Assembly (NCBI GenBank): GCA_965223265.1 | Contig: OZ244999.1 | Coordinates: 640,001 to 704,000 of the forward strand | DNA from: Planctomycetota bacterium | Lineage (GTDB): Bacteria; Planctomycetota; UBA8108; SXIK01 | Direction: 5' to 3' | Length of the DNA stretch: 64,000 nucleotides | In this document: piece after piece, positions 8,474 to 17,993 of the stretch | Position numbering within the stretch: the stretch's first letter is position 1 | Layout of the letters: every line of letters starts with the position of its first letter | The notes under the pieces: generated by a model | Databases searched by the model: none | What the model was told of the DNA's origin: nothing | The model's input: the letters and a program-made list of their open reading frames with translations, nothing else | Translations under genes and position numbers: made by a program

Positions 8474-11400
8474 TCACTCTTGGATCGAACGACTTGCCGT
8501 TTCGGCTGCGGTCGACTTTGCGGTGCTGCGTACCAAGCGGTGGACAGCATCGATCACCCGTTCCTCAACTGTATCAGTGAACGGCCCAGGCAGAGGGCCG
8601 TAGAGCATCGCTCCTCCTGCCTCATAGCCGCCCTCGCGCAGCACGCGGCGCGACGGTAGGTAGCCAAACACGTCGTTGGCGTACGCCGAGACCCACACTG
8701 CAGGCGCGTCGAACTCGCGCTTGATGCGATGCGCATAGTCGACGACCGCTTCGCCGCCGAGAGCGACGAACAGAAGCTCGTCTCCGAAGCGCAGGACCTG
8801 GACCGGGCACGGGTAGGAGGACGGTAGGGCGTCGGGTTCTTCCAAACGCTCGAGGAGGTAGGCAGCCTTGCGCCGCTGATAGACGTTCCGCGATTCGAGC
8901 ATCGCTGCGATGGCGGCGCGCGGCGGCAGCTTCTGAAAGTCGAGGGACACCTCCTCAAACGCGACGCGCAGTGGCGCACGCAGCGACATTGTGGCTCCCC
9001 GCATGGCCGCAGTCACGGCGTTGGCAAGATTCGCTCCATGCTCTTTCGCAAGCTCGAGCGTGCCGCGCGGATAAGGGTTTTGATCACCGCCGCAGCCGGT
9101 CACGAAGAGCGCGATAGCTCCGGGGTGTGAGGCTTCGATCGCGCGCTGGGCGAAACCGGCGTAGTCGCCGCACCAATTGTAGAACGATAGCGTGGTGTTG
9201 TGGCAGGCGTAGCCGAAGAGGACCGCGCGTGCCTCGTCGTTGACGCCGTTGATCGTTAGCACAGGGACGTCATGGTCGACGCGGCCGTCATCGTAGCGGC
9301 GGTTGATGAAGCCGGAAGGCGTCGGAAAACGTCGGTTGCGGGCGAAGTCGGCGCTGCCGCGTGCAATCTGAAGATTCGCTGGTTCCATCTCCGCGAGAGC
9401 ATTTCCGATGAGCGCAACGACCTTTTGCTCGAGATTGCGACCGTAGACTTCCAGTTTCTCCGCTTCCTCTGATTTCAGGTCAAGTAGAGGCAGCTTGTCC
9501 ACACGCAGCTCAGGTCCACAGTGCGTGTGTGAGGCGCTGAGAAGAAGGGAGGCGCGAGGCAAACGGTATCGACGTTCCGCAGTCGCTGCTATCGTCCGCG
9601 TGAACTCCCGCGACACGCCGATCAGGTCGAGGGTCACAATGACAAGTCGGGTCCCAGCTTTGTCCTCGAGAGCGATGGCCTTGGCGAAGAGTTCGTGCGT
9701 CTTGCCTTGCGCAGGCTTCCTCCGCGCCGCGTAGCCCGCCATCCAGATCGGCTCGGTAGGAGTGATTTCGACCGTCGCGACACCAACGTTCCAGTCGTGA
9801 GTGTTCGCCTTTTCGGTCGAGCGGATCGCGTCGACCGCGGCTTCGATCTTCGCGACCGCTTCCCCGGTGGCGCGGCGTACGCGCGCCTGGTCGGTCGCCG
9901 CGTTGAGTTCGCGAAGGGGCGCGAGCGCTTCCGCCGCTCTGTGGCCGAGTCCACCCAGCTGCTCGGCAGCAAACACCTTTGCAAAGCGCTCGTCGCGAGA
10001 CAGGAGCTTGAGTAGGAGCGGCACTGAGGTCGGTTTGATTTTGCCGAGCGCTTCCAGCGCGAAGCGCCGTTCATAGCGGTCATTGAGTCGCTCGAACAGC
10101 AGCGGGCCGGCGCCTCGTGCTGCCGGCCCGAGTTCGCCGAGGAGTGTGATCGCTTTGATGCGCACTGTCTCCATCTGATCGCCGACGGCCGCAGAGAAAA
10201 TCGCGATCTGGCGCGCCTCGTCATCGACGACGCGTGCGATGGCGTCGAGCGCAGCGATGCGAACTTTCGTGCTGCGCGGGTGCGCGTCGTCGGCGCGAGT
10301 CGCCGCCTCGAGTGCTGGAACGGCCGCGGAGGCGATCGTACCAAGCCGCGCGAGCGCTTCGGCGCCGACGAGCTGCATCGTTTCCGACGTGTGGTTCAGC
10401 GTCGCGATGAAGACATGAACGGCGTCTGCGCCAGCCACGTCCGTGAGTGCGGCCAGCGTCTCGATGGCAGCTTTCTGCAGATCGGTGACTTCTTCGTCAG
10501 GTGGTCGCGCTGCGGGGACTTCACGCTGCGCCTTCTTGCTGTCGTTGTCATTCTTTTGAGACGAACTTCCGTCCGCTTCGGCAGCGCTTCGAGGCGAGGC
10601 GACGGTGGCCAGGGCGATGAGCGGCTCGACGGCAGGTCTCGTCGCGCTGCCGGCTGTGCGAAGTGCTGCGCAGGCGGCGACGCGGAGGTCCCGCGCCCGA
10701 GAATCGTCCTCGAAGATGCGAATAAGACCGGGAACGGCTTCAGCGACGACGTCGCCCGTGGACTGAAGTCCGCTGATCGCAGCGGCCTGGACACGCTCGT
10801 CGTCATCATCGAGACCTTGAACCAACGCCGAGGTCAGGCTCCTTCGATCGTCGTCCAGCTGACTCAAGGCTTCGAGAGCCGCAGCTCGCACGTTGGCGCT
10901 CTGATCGCCAACCATGCCTCTGAGTTGTGCGAGCGCAGCGGCCCCTTGCCAGTCGATTGCCGCCAGGGCTCGTGCCGCCGCGGCGCGAAGCTCCGTTGCG
11001 GTTTGGTATCTGAGCTTCGCCTCGGCGGCATTGCTGGCGGGTGCCGCATTGGAGACGAGTAACGCCTCGAGGTTCGGACCGAGCGCTGCCGCCTGCCGGC
11101 CAAGTCGTGCCACCGCTTCCGCAACGCCTGACTTCGTGCTTGCGCTTCCACCGTCGAGTTTCGCCGCGAAGAGCTTGAGCGTGGCGGCATCGATTTGGCC
11201 GGTCGCGCCCGCTAAAGCCGCACTCAATCTCCTCGACGAGACATCCGCCACCCTTGGATCGTCGAACGCCGCGAGAATTGTCGGTACGGCCGCGTTTCCC
11301 ATGCTGATCAGCGCTTCGGTGAGGGAGTCGGAGACCGGGGTGGCGTCGAATCGTAGCAGCGCGTCGAGAAGGTGGGGCACGGTCATCCGTGCCGCTGGGC

Positions 11401-12616
11401 CGATCCTGATGACGACGTGAGCAGCTGCGTCGACGGCCAATTGGTTTTCGCCTTGGAGCACAGCGTCGACTGCGGGGATGACGATTTCACGTGGCAACGC
11501 GAGCAAGTTGTAGGCGGCTGCGCGACGCACCCGTTTCGCCTCGTCGGCCAGAAGTGCAGTCAGAAAAGGAACCAGGTGCACCGCGTCGACGCCGACTCGT
11601 CGTAGTGCCGTGGTCGCTTCTGCACGCACAACCGCGCTAGGGTAGCTCCCTGCCGCTCGAATCACCTCAGACGCAGACAAAGCGGGAGCGCCGATGAGAC
11701 CAAGAGCCCGCACCGCGAGATGCAGCGACTCTGCAGCGGCCCCTCCACTATCTGTTTTCTCTCCCTGGGCGTTCTCCTCGCTGGTGTGCACTTTGATCGC
11801 GTCCGCTCTCGCAGTGTCGCTGGGGGGGCGGTGTGCGGCCTCGGCTGATAGGATACGTTCCACGGTGACGTGCAGCGCCGCCACGGCTGCCGTGCCGACC
11901 TTCCCGAGCGAGCGCGGCGTCTCTTCGCGTACGCGCGCGTCGGAGTCAGCAAGCGACTTCACTAGAGCATCGACTGCTGGCGCAGCATCGGCACCGATCC
12001 ACCCGAGAGCCTCCACTGCGCCGAGGCGTTTGCCGGCGTGCGCGTCGCCGAGAGCGGCGAGTAACTTCGGAACGGCTGCACCACCGATGGCGCCGAGCGC
12101 GTATGCGGAGCGATAGCGCACCTGTTCGTTGCCGGAAGCTAGAGCCTCGACAAGTGTTGGGATTGCCGGGGCGGCATCCGCTCCAATTCCCGTGATGGCG
12201 CGGACGCTGTGAAACCACACCTGTTGATCGCCAGCGCCAAGCGCCTTAACGAGCGCATCGAGAGCTGGCAGAGCTCTCTCTTTGAGGGCGTAGAGCTGCA
12301 GTGCAGCCTCGCGCCGTGTCTTCAGGTCATCTGACTCCAGTTCCAGAGCCAAGCGTTCCGCCTCCGTTGGCTCTGGAGTGTCACCGGCACCGGCGGTCTC
12401 GTCCGGGTGCGCACCGTCACGTGCTTCTTCAGCGGCAGGGCCAGGAGCTGGGTCTTCCGTCTGACGGACCTGAGCTTCTTCAGCGTGGCCGTGGTTGGAC
12501 CGCGATCCGGTGAACGCATCGCCGCCGAAAACTGCCGCGATGACTGCAATCGCGAGGAGCCGTCGCTTCAGTGAGTCCGTCACGCTGAACTGGTTCAAAT
12601 GGATTCTACGTTTCAT
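8474..12616 (-). CDS. HEAT-repeat protein fused to a C-terminal neutral/alkaline non-lysosomal ceramidase-like domain
   Basis: Signal-like N-terminus, then many 'VR..AA.ALG.IG..A..AVP.L' repeats. C-terminal ~430 aa has ITP..P..MAGYAAR, SASHTHCGP, GYACHNT, GCGGDQNP and GYLPS...EGGYE. Confidence 0.8.
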   Translation of the reverse strand: MKRRIHLNQFSVTDSLKRRLLAIAVIAAVFGGDAFTGSRSNHGHAEEAQVRQTEDPAPGPAAEEARDGAHPDETAGAGDTPEPTEAERLALELESDDLKTRREAALQLYALKERALPALDALVKALGAGDQQVWFHSVRAITGIGADAAPAIPTLVEALASGNEQVRYRSAYALGAIGGAAVPKLLAALGDAHAGKRLGAVEALGWIGADAAPAVDALVKSLADSDARVREETPRSLGKVGTAAVAALHVTVERILSAEAAHRPPSDTARADAIKVHTSEENAQGEKTDSGGAAAESLHLAVRALGLIGAPALSASEVIRAAGSYPSAVVRAEATTALRRVGVDAVHLVPFLTALLADEAKRVRRAAAYNLLALPREIVIPAVDAVLQGENQLAVDAAAHVVIRIGPAARMTVPHLLDALLRFDATPVSDSLTEALISMGNAAVPTILAAFDDPRVADVSSRRLSAALAGATGQIDAATLKLFAAKLDGGSASTKSGVAEAVARLGRQAAALGPNLEALLVSNAAPASNAAEAKLRYQTATELRAAAARALAAIDWQGAAALAQLRGMVGDQSANVRAAALEALSQLDDDRRSLTSALVQGLDDDDERVQAAAISGLQSTGDVVAEAVPGLIRIFEDDSRARDLRVAACAALRTAGSATRPAVEPLIALATVASPRSAAEADGSSSQKNDNDSKKAQREVPAARPPDEEVTDLQKAAIETLAALTDVAGADAVHVFIATLNHTSETMQLVGAEALARLGTIASAAVPALEAATRADDAHPRSTKVRIAALDAIARVVDDEARQIAIFSAAVGDQMETVRIKAITLLGELGPAARGAGPLLFERLNDRYERRFALEALGKIKPTSVPLLLKLLSRDERFAKVFAAEQLGGLGHRAAEALAPLRELNAATDQARVRRATGEAVAKIEAAVDAIRSTEKANTHDWNVGVATVEITPTEPIWMAGYAARRKPAQGKTHELFAKAIALEDKAGTRLVIVTLDLIGVSREFTRTIAATAERRYRLPRASLLLSASHTHCGPELRVDKLPLLDLKSEEAEKLEVYGRNLEQKVVALIGNALAEMEPANLQIARGSADFARNRRFPTPSGFINRRYDDGRVDHDVPVLTINGVNDEARAVLFGYACHNTTLSFYNWCGDYAGFAQRAIEASHPGAIALFVTGCGGDQNPYPRGTLELAKEHGANLANAVTAAMRGATMSLRAPLRVAFEEVSLDFQKLPPRAAIAAMLESRNVYQRRKAAYLLERLEEPDALPSSYPCPVQVLRFGDELLFVALGGEAVVDYAHRIKREFDAPAVWVSAYANDVFGYLPSRRVLREGGYEAGGAMLYGPLPGPFTDTVEERVIDAVHRLVRSTAKSTAAETASRSIQE

Positions 12617-12706
12617 CGACGTGGGGGCGCGGACAAGTGGTGCGGAATCGGTAGACGATCGAGCCGATGGAACGACCGTGATGAAGATGGTGGCCCGAAA
12701 TACCGG

Positions 12707-14074
12707 CTACGCCGTCAGGTCTGGCAGGCGCCCAGTACTATCACCGAAGGAATCGGTCTTCACACCCGCGCGATCGAACATCGACAGGAAGAGATTGCAC
12801 ATGGGTGTCTCGCGAGGGTAGACGACATGGCGGCCAGAATCGATTGATCCGCCACCGGCACCTGCCATGAGAATCGGGAGGTCTTCGTTGTTGTGACGGT
12901 TGCCATCGCTCAGTCCGCTGCCATAGACGATCATGCAGTTGTCGAGGAGACAGCCGTCGCCTTCTTCGATGGCTCTCAGCTTACGAAGTAGATACGCGAA
13001 CTGCTCGGCGTGGAACCGATTGATGCGACGGATCTTTTCGTGCTTGATCGGATCACCCTGATGGTGCGAAAGGCTGTGATGGCCGTCCGGGACGCCGAGC
13101 TCCTTGTAGCTGCGATTGCTTGCCGCGCGGGCGAACATGAATGTAGAGATTCGCGTCAGATCCGACTGAAACGCTAGAACGAGCAGGTCACACATGAGCT
13201 TGAGGTGCGTTTCGTACTGCAGACGGGCTCCTGCGGTCGACGGTAACGCCTCCGGAACATCCGTGAAGTCGAGCTTCGTCGGCGGGATCTCTTTAGCGAT
13301 CCGCTTCTCGATGGCGCGGATGCTGGTGAAGTACTCGTCGAGCTTTTGGCGGTCCTTGCCTCCCAGGTCGCGCTGCACGCGGCGCGCGTCGCTGAGTGCG
13401 AAGTCGAGAACGCTCTTTCTGCGGCGGCGACGTTTTTCACGACCTTTCGCTGCTCGCTGGCGATCCGCCTGATCCGAGAAGAGTCGGTCGAAAAGGGCAC
13501 GCGGGTCGAGTTCTTTGGCTGTCGGTGTCGTGGGCGACGACCACGAGATGTTGTTCGAGTACGCGCAGCTATACCCTGAGTCGCAATTGCCGGAGTTGCT
13601 TCCCACTTCGACACCTAGCTCAAGGGAAGGGAATCGAGTCGCTGCACCGATCTGCTGCGCTGCTGCTTGGTCGGCAGAGATGCCGAGTCGAATGTTGGCG
13701 CCGGAGGTTTTGAAGGGCTGCGCGCCGGTTAGAAACGCACCGGCCGCTCGCGCGTGGTCGCCTGCGCCGTCGCCGTTGGCGCGTCCTTTGTCCTGCGTCA
13801 ATCCGCTGAGCACGAGAAGGTCATCGCGCAGGTCGGTCAGCGGCTCGAGGATGTACGGTAGATCGTAGTCCGCACCTCTGCGCTGCGGAGTCCAGTCTGG
13901 AAGATGAACTCCGTTCGGAACGAAGACGAACGCCATCCGCACCGGCGGCTTGACGTCCGGTCGCCTCTCCGCGGCCAGAAGACCGGTCGAGAGTGTCGGA
14001 AGCAGCGGCAGAGAAATCGTCGTGCCTAGGCCACGGAGCACTTCACGACGAGAGAGTAGGCGATCTTGACTCAT
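12707..14074 (-). CDS. DUF1552 domain-containing protein (Tat-type signal)
   Basis: SRREVLRG Tat-like motif, then RMAFVFVPNG, CDSGYSCAYSNNISW, HHSLSHH and DGNRHNNEDLP. Sits downstream of its usual DUF1592 partner. Confidence 0.9.
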   Translation of the reverse strand: MSQDRLLSRREVLRGLGTTISLPLLPTLSTGLLAAERRPDVKPPVRMAFVFVPNGVHLPDWTPQRRGADYDLPYILEPLTDLRDDLLVLSGLTQDKGRANGDGAGDHARAAGAFLTGAQPFKTSGANIRLGISADQAAAQQIGAATRFPSLELGVEVGSNSGNCDSGYSCAYSNNISWSSPTTPTAKELDPRALFDRLFSDQADRQRAAKGREKRRRRRKSVLDFALSDARRVQRDLGGKDRQKLDEYFTSIRAIEKRIAKEIPPTKLDFTDVPEALPSTAGARLQYETHLKLMCDLLVLAFQSDLTRISTFMFARAASNRSYKELGVPDGHHSLSHHQGDPIKHEKIRRINRFHAEQFAYLLRKLRAIEEGDGCLLDNCMIVYGSGLSDGNRHNNEDLPILMAGAGGGSIDSGRHVVYPRETPMCNLFLSMFDRAGVKTDSFGDSTGRLPDLTA

Positions 14075-14196
14075 GGGTCCTCGCGGAAACAGCTACGGAC
14101 TGCTGATGGTTTCTGTTTGTGTTCGCGTCAACGGTCACGGCGTACTTTCCCAGCAGCGTCGTTCGTCGGCCAGGAACCGTGTGATCGCTTTGGCCT

Positions 14197-16605
14197 TCAT
14201 TTCGTCTCTTGCTGAAGTGCACGTCGACGACGAAACGGGTCAGACTCGACGACGGCGAGGATCCAGCTGTGGATGCGAAAATCGGCCGCGACAGTCTTGC
14301 GCACGATCTCGTCGACAGCACAACGATCATAGTATTCTAGACCACGCCCGAGCGCGTAGGTAAGGATTTTCTCTGACAGCGTCCGTGTGAAAGCTTCACG
14401 ATCCTCGAGCAGAAGTCGTTTGAGCTGAGCTGGTCCGGAAATCTGACGACCATCTGGAAGTGTGCCTGACGCGTCGATGAGGAATTTGCCGTCGAACTCA
14501 CGCCAACTCCCAACAGCGTCAAAGTTCTCGAAGGCGAACCCGAGTACGTCCATTTCCTGGTGGCAATTGGCGCACGTCGGGTCCGCGCGGTGCTTCTCTA
14601 AGCGCTCTCGGAGCGAGCCGGAAAGGATCGCCTCCGGCTCCTCAGAAAGCTCTTCGACGTCCGGTGGCGGTGGGGGCGGAGGCGCTCCCAAGACTTGCTC
14701 GAGGATCCATTTGCCACGTTTCACCGGCGAGGTGCGAGTTGGATTGGAAGTCAGCGTTAGGACGCTCGCCTGGGTCAAGACTCCGCCGCGGACGCTGTCG
14801 GCCAACTTGACAGGCCGATACTCGGCGCCGGCGACGCCCGCGATGCCGTAGTGCTTCGCGAGGCGTTCGTTGAGAATCGTGAAGTCGGAATCTATCAGCT
14901 GCAGTAGCGTGCGGTCTTCCCGGAGCAGTGTGTCGAAGTAAAGGATCGTCTCCGCGGCCATCGCCTCTTTGAGCTCGGCATCGAAATCCGGAAACAGATC
15001 CGGGTCGGGCACCACTGCGTTGAGTAGGCGTGTCTGTAGCCACTGTCCAGCGAAGTTCTCGGCGAGAGCTTGGGACCTCGGATGCGCCAGCATTCGCCTG
15101 AGCTGTGCTTCGAGAGTGTCCGTCTCGGACAGCCGTCCTTTCTCCGCGAGCGTGAGAAGTTCATCGTCTGGTGTGGAGCTCCAAAGAAAGTACGCCAGCC
15201 TCGTCGCTAGGGCGTAGTCGCCGAGATCGACGTGCGGTTGAGTTGACGCACCGCTCGGAGCCGGATCCATGGTTCGATGCGGCGTCACCTCAACCAGGTA
15301 AAGGAAATTGGGCGAGATGAGCATCGCCTCGAGGCACAAGATCACCGCTTCACGGAACTCGTCACCCGCTGCGACAGACTCGTGATAGAGGTCGAGGGTC
15401 GTCTCGACTTCGACGTCGCTCAACGGGCGCCGATAGAGCCGCCTGCCGAGCCGGGCGATGATCGAGCGAGCACAATTCTCCTTTGTCGCTGCATCCGACT
15501 CTGGAGATCCCGGGCGGTTCGGGTCGCATGTGAAGACACGATACGCATACCCTTCAGTCTCGGCACTGGGCAGCCGCTCAACCTCAAACCAATCGACGAC
15601 GAGGTTCCGATCGCCGTCGGTGTTGAAGTTGTTCGCGAAGTTGACCGACAGACGGTGACGACCTGCAGGGATCTCGCCACGTAGTTCATATACAGCCGCT
15701 GCGCCCTCCGTAACGTCGACCGACAGTTTGCCAAAGAGCGCATCACCAAGGCGCACCTCGAGTCGCGGAAGCTCCGGTCCCGCCTGCTCGCCGTAGGCGC
15801 GGATACGCACGACATAGTCGCTCGTCGCCCGGACGTCGCAGCTCGTGTAGACGCCGCCTTCGCGCAAAATACGCACGGCCCAGTCACCGACCGGCTCGAT
15901 GGAAACGTCGGCGCGGAGCAGTTCCGCCTCGAAGCGCCGATAGAAGAAGAGCTCGTCTTCTTTCTCGAGTGCGGCGGCCACAACTTCCGAAGCGGCGTCG
16001 AGGTACTTCTCAGCCAGCAGAACGGGCAAGCCTAGCACGTCGCCGATGTTGTCGAAGCCGTAGCCGACATCATCTTCAGGAAAGTTGCGTGATGGTCTGA
16101 TGGCGACGCCGAATATGTCGCGCACGGTATTGTCGTATTCCGCCCGATTCAGCCGCCGGAGAGTGACTGCGCCTGGGTCGACTTTGTCGTCGCAGACAAA
16201 GGAGGCGAGCTCGGCTTCGATGACTTCGACCGCGACTTGGCGCTCGAGTTCCGACGGCTGCGGCTTGCGGCGCGGCGGCATTTCCTTTTCCACAAGAACG
16301 CGGACGAATTTTTCCCACGCCTCCGGTTCCTTGAGAACGGACTCGGCACTGCCGTACTTCGAAAAATCGAGGCCGCCTCGCTGTTTCTCTGCGCCGTGGC
16401 AGCTGGCGCAGTAGCGAGCGATGAACGGGGCAACGTCGGCTTTGAAACTCGGCTCGGGCGTCTCGCCGGCCAGCGTCGGCGTCAGCGAGCACACGACGAG
16501 CACGAACGGCAGCGAACGTTGCAGCAGCGGTAAGCGCGGGCGCGTCGGCTCGGATCGGGAGAAGCCCGCGGTGGTTGTCTGATTCGGCGACTTCACCATG
16601 ATCAC
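14197..16605 (-). CDS. DUF1592/DUF1587/DUF1588/DUF1585/DUF1595 family planctomycete cytochrome c-type protein
   Basis: CASCH and CANCH heme motifs, LRRLNRAEYDNTVRD, GYGFDNIG, RLAYFLWSSTPD, TSPVKRGKW and TYALGRG. Confidence 0.9.
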   Translation of the reverse strand: MIMVKSPNQTTTAGFSRSEPTRPRLPLLQRSLPFVLVVCSLTPTLAGETPEPSFKADVAPFIARYCASCHGAEKQRGGLDFSKYGSAESVLKEPEAWEKFVRVLVEKEMPPRRKPQPSELERQVAVEVIEAELASFVCDDKVDPGAVTLRRLNRAEYDNTVRDIFGVAIRPSRNFPEDDVGYGFDNIGDVLGLPVLLAEKYLDAASEVVAAALEKEDELFFYRRFEAELLRADVSIEPVGDWAVRILREGGVYTSCDVRATSDYVVRIRAYGEQAGPELPRLEVRLGDALFGKLSVDVTEGAAAVYELRGEIPAGRHRLSVNFANNFNTDGDRNLVVDWFEVERLPSAETEGYAYRVFTCDPNRPGSPESDAATKENCARSIIARLGRRLYRRPLSDVEVETTLDLYHESVAAGDEFREAVILCLEAMLISPNFLYLVEVTPHRTMDPAPSGASTQPHVDLGDYALATRLAYFLWSSTPDDELLTLAEKGRLSETDTLEAQLRRMLAHPRSQALAENFAGQWLQTRLLNAVVPDPDLFPDFDAELKEAMAAETILYFDTLLREDRTLLQLIDSDFTILNERLAKHYGIAGVAGAEYRPVKLADSVRGGVLTQASVLTLTSNPTRTSPVKRGKWILEQVLGAPPPPPPPDVEELSEEPEAILSGSLRERLEKHRADPTCANCHQEMDVLGFAFENFDAVGSWREFDGKFLIDASGTLPDGRQISGPAQLKRLLLEDREAFTRTLSEKILTYALGRGLEYYDRCAVDEIVRKTVAADFRIHSWILAVVESDPFRRRRALQQETK

Positions 16606-16796
16606 GCCATCTTAACCAAACAACGTTGCGCCGTCCGCCGGTTTCCTGGAAGTACCGATTTGTCGTGCGAGCTAGGCGGCTTGTCCGTCTCGTGCGGTGG
16701 AGTTACACTTCCTTCGGTATCCGTACGGCTCGGACGCTTCGCTGCGCTGATCGCTGACGCGATGAGCTGTTTGGCCCCTTCCACGGAGAGGAACCG

Positions 16797-17789
16797 ATGA
16801 AGGCCGCGTACATAGACGAACAAGGACCCCCTGAGAACATCATTTACGGCGATCTTTCGACGCCGGAACCCGTCGGCTCTGAGGTGCGTGTTCGGACGAC
16901 GGCCGTCGCGGTCAACCCGATCGATACGTACATCCGCGGCGGCGCGGATTTCTGGGAGCTTCCTCACCCCTTCATCGTTGGTTGCGATGTCGCCGGCGTT
17001 GTCGACAAGATCGGTCCGGATGTCCGACGTTTTCAGGTTGGCGATCGCGTGTGGGGCAGCAACCAAGGGGTCTTGGGACGCCAAGGGAGTTTTGCTGAGT
17101 TCGTCGTCAGCGATGAGGACTGGCTTTATCCGACGCCGGAGGCTGTAGACGATCAGTCGGTGGCGGCGATCTCGCTTGTCGGGATCACCGCGCATCTCGG
17201 CCTTTTCGAAGTGGCGCGATTGAAGGCAGGTGAAACGATCTTCGTGCACGGAGGGACGGGCGGCGTTGGTTCGGTGGTTGTCCAAATGGCAAAGGTGACC
17301 GGTGCGCGCGTGATCACCACAGGCGGGAGCGACGAAAAGGTGGCGGCGGCGAAGGCGCTCGGTGCGGATGTGGCGGTCAACTACAAAACACATGATGTGA
17401 GCGAGGCGCTCGCCGAGGCGGCTCCGGAAGGCGTCGATGTTTTTTTTGAGACCTTGCGGGAACCCAACTTCGACGCCATCGTAGCCGCACTCAAGCCAAG
17501 AGGGCGCATCGTTGTCATGGCTGGACGTACGGCGCGACCCGAGTTCCCGGTGGGGCCCTTCTACGCGAAAGGCTGCTCCATGCATGGGTTCGTCATGTTC
17601 GGCGCCAGCCCGGACGAACAGCGGGCGTGCGCCCTAGACATCAACCGCTGGCTCGTCGAAGGGCAGCTCAAGGCGCAGATCAGCCATCGTTTCTCGCTGT
17701 CGGAAACCGCAGCAGCACACGCGCTGCAAGAGAGTAATACAATTGGCAAGGTGGGGACGCTTGCCGGAAAGATTGTCCTTGTACCCTAG
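16797..17789 (+). CDS. qor: NADPH:quinone oxidoreductase (zeta-crystallin/MDR family)
   Basis: AVNPIDTYIR.G, GCDVAGVV...G..V..F.VGDRV, HGGTGGVG (NADPH binding) and GKIVL. GAGAGG RBS. Confidence 0.88.
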   Translation: MKAAYIDEQGPPENIIYGDLSTPEPVGSEVRVRTTAVAVNPIDTYIRGGADFWELPHPFIVGCDVAGVVDKIGPDVRRFQVGDRVWGSNQGVLGRQGSFAEFVVSDEDWLYPTPEAVDDQSVAAISLVGITAHLGLFEVARLKAGETIFVHGGTGGVGSVVVQMAKVTGARVITTGGSDEKVAAAKALGADVAVNYKTHDVSEALAEAAPEGVDVFFETLREPNFDAIVAALKPRGRIVVMAGRTARPEFPVGPFYAKGCSMHGFVMFGASPDEQRACALDINRWLVEGQLKAQISHRFSLSETAAAHALQESNTIGKVGTLAGKIVLVP

Positions 17790-17993
17790 CGCTATGCGCG
17801 TGTGCACGAGCTGCTATTGACGATGAGCAGAGGAGAGTCTGCACAGGACGTCGCGAAGGACAGGAAGAGGAGAGGTGTCGAGGGGCTCGACTCTTCGTAC
17901 TTCGACGTTCCTCCTTCCTCGCTTCCTTCGCTATCCTTGGCTCAGGGCAGCTAACCATTCGTCTGTGACCCGCGGCACGATCTCTGACCACCT

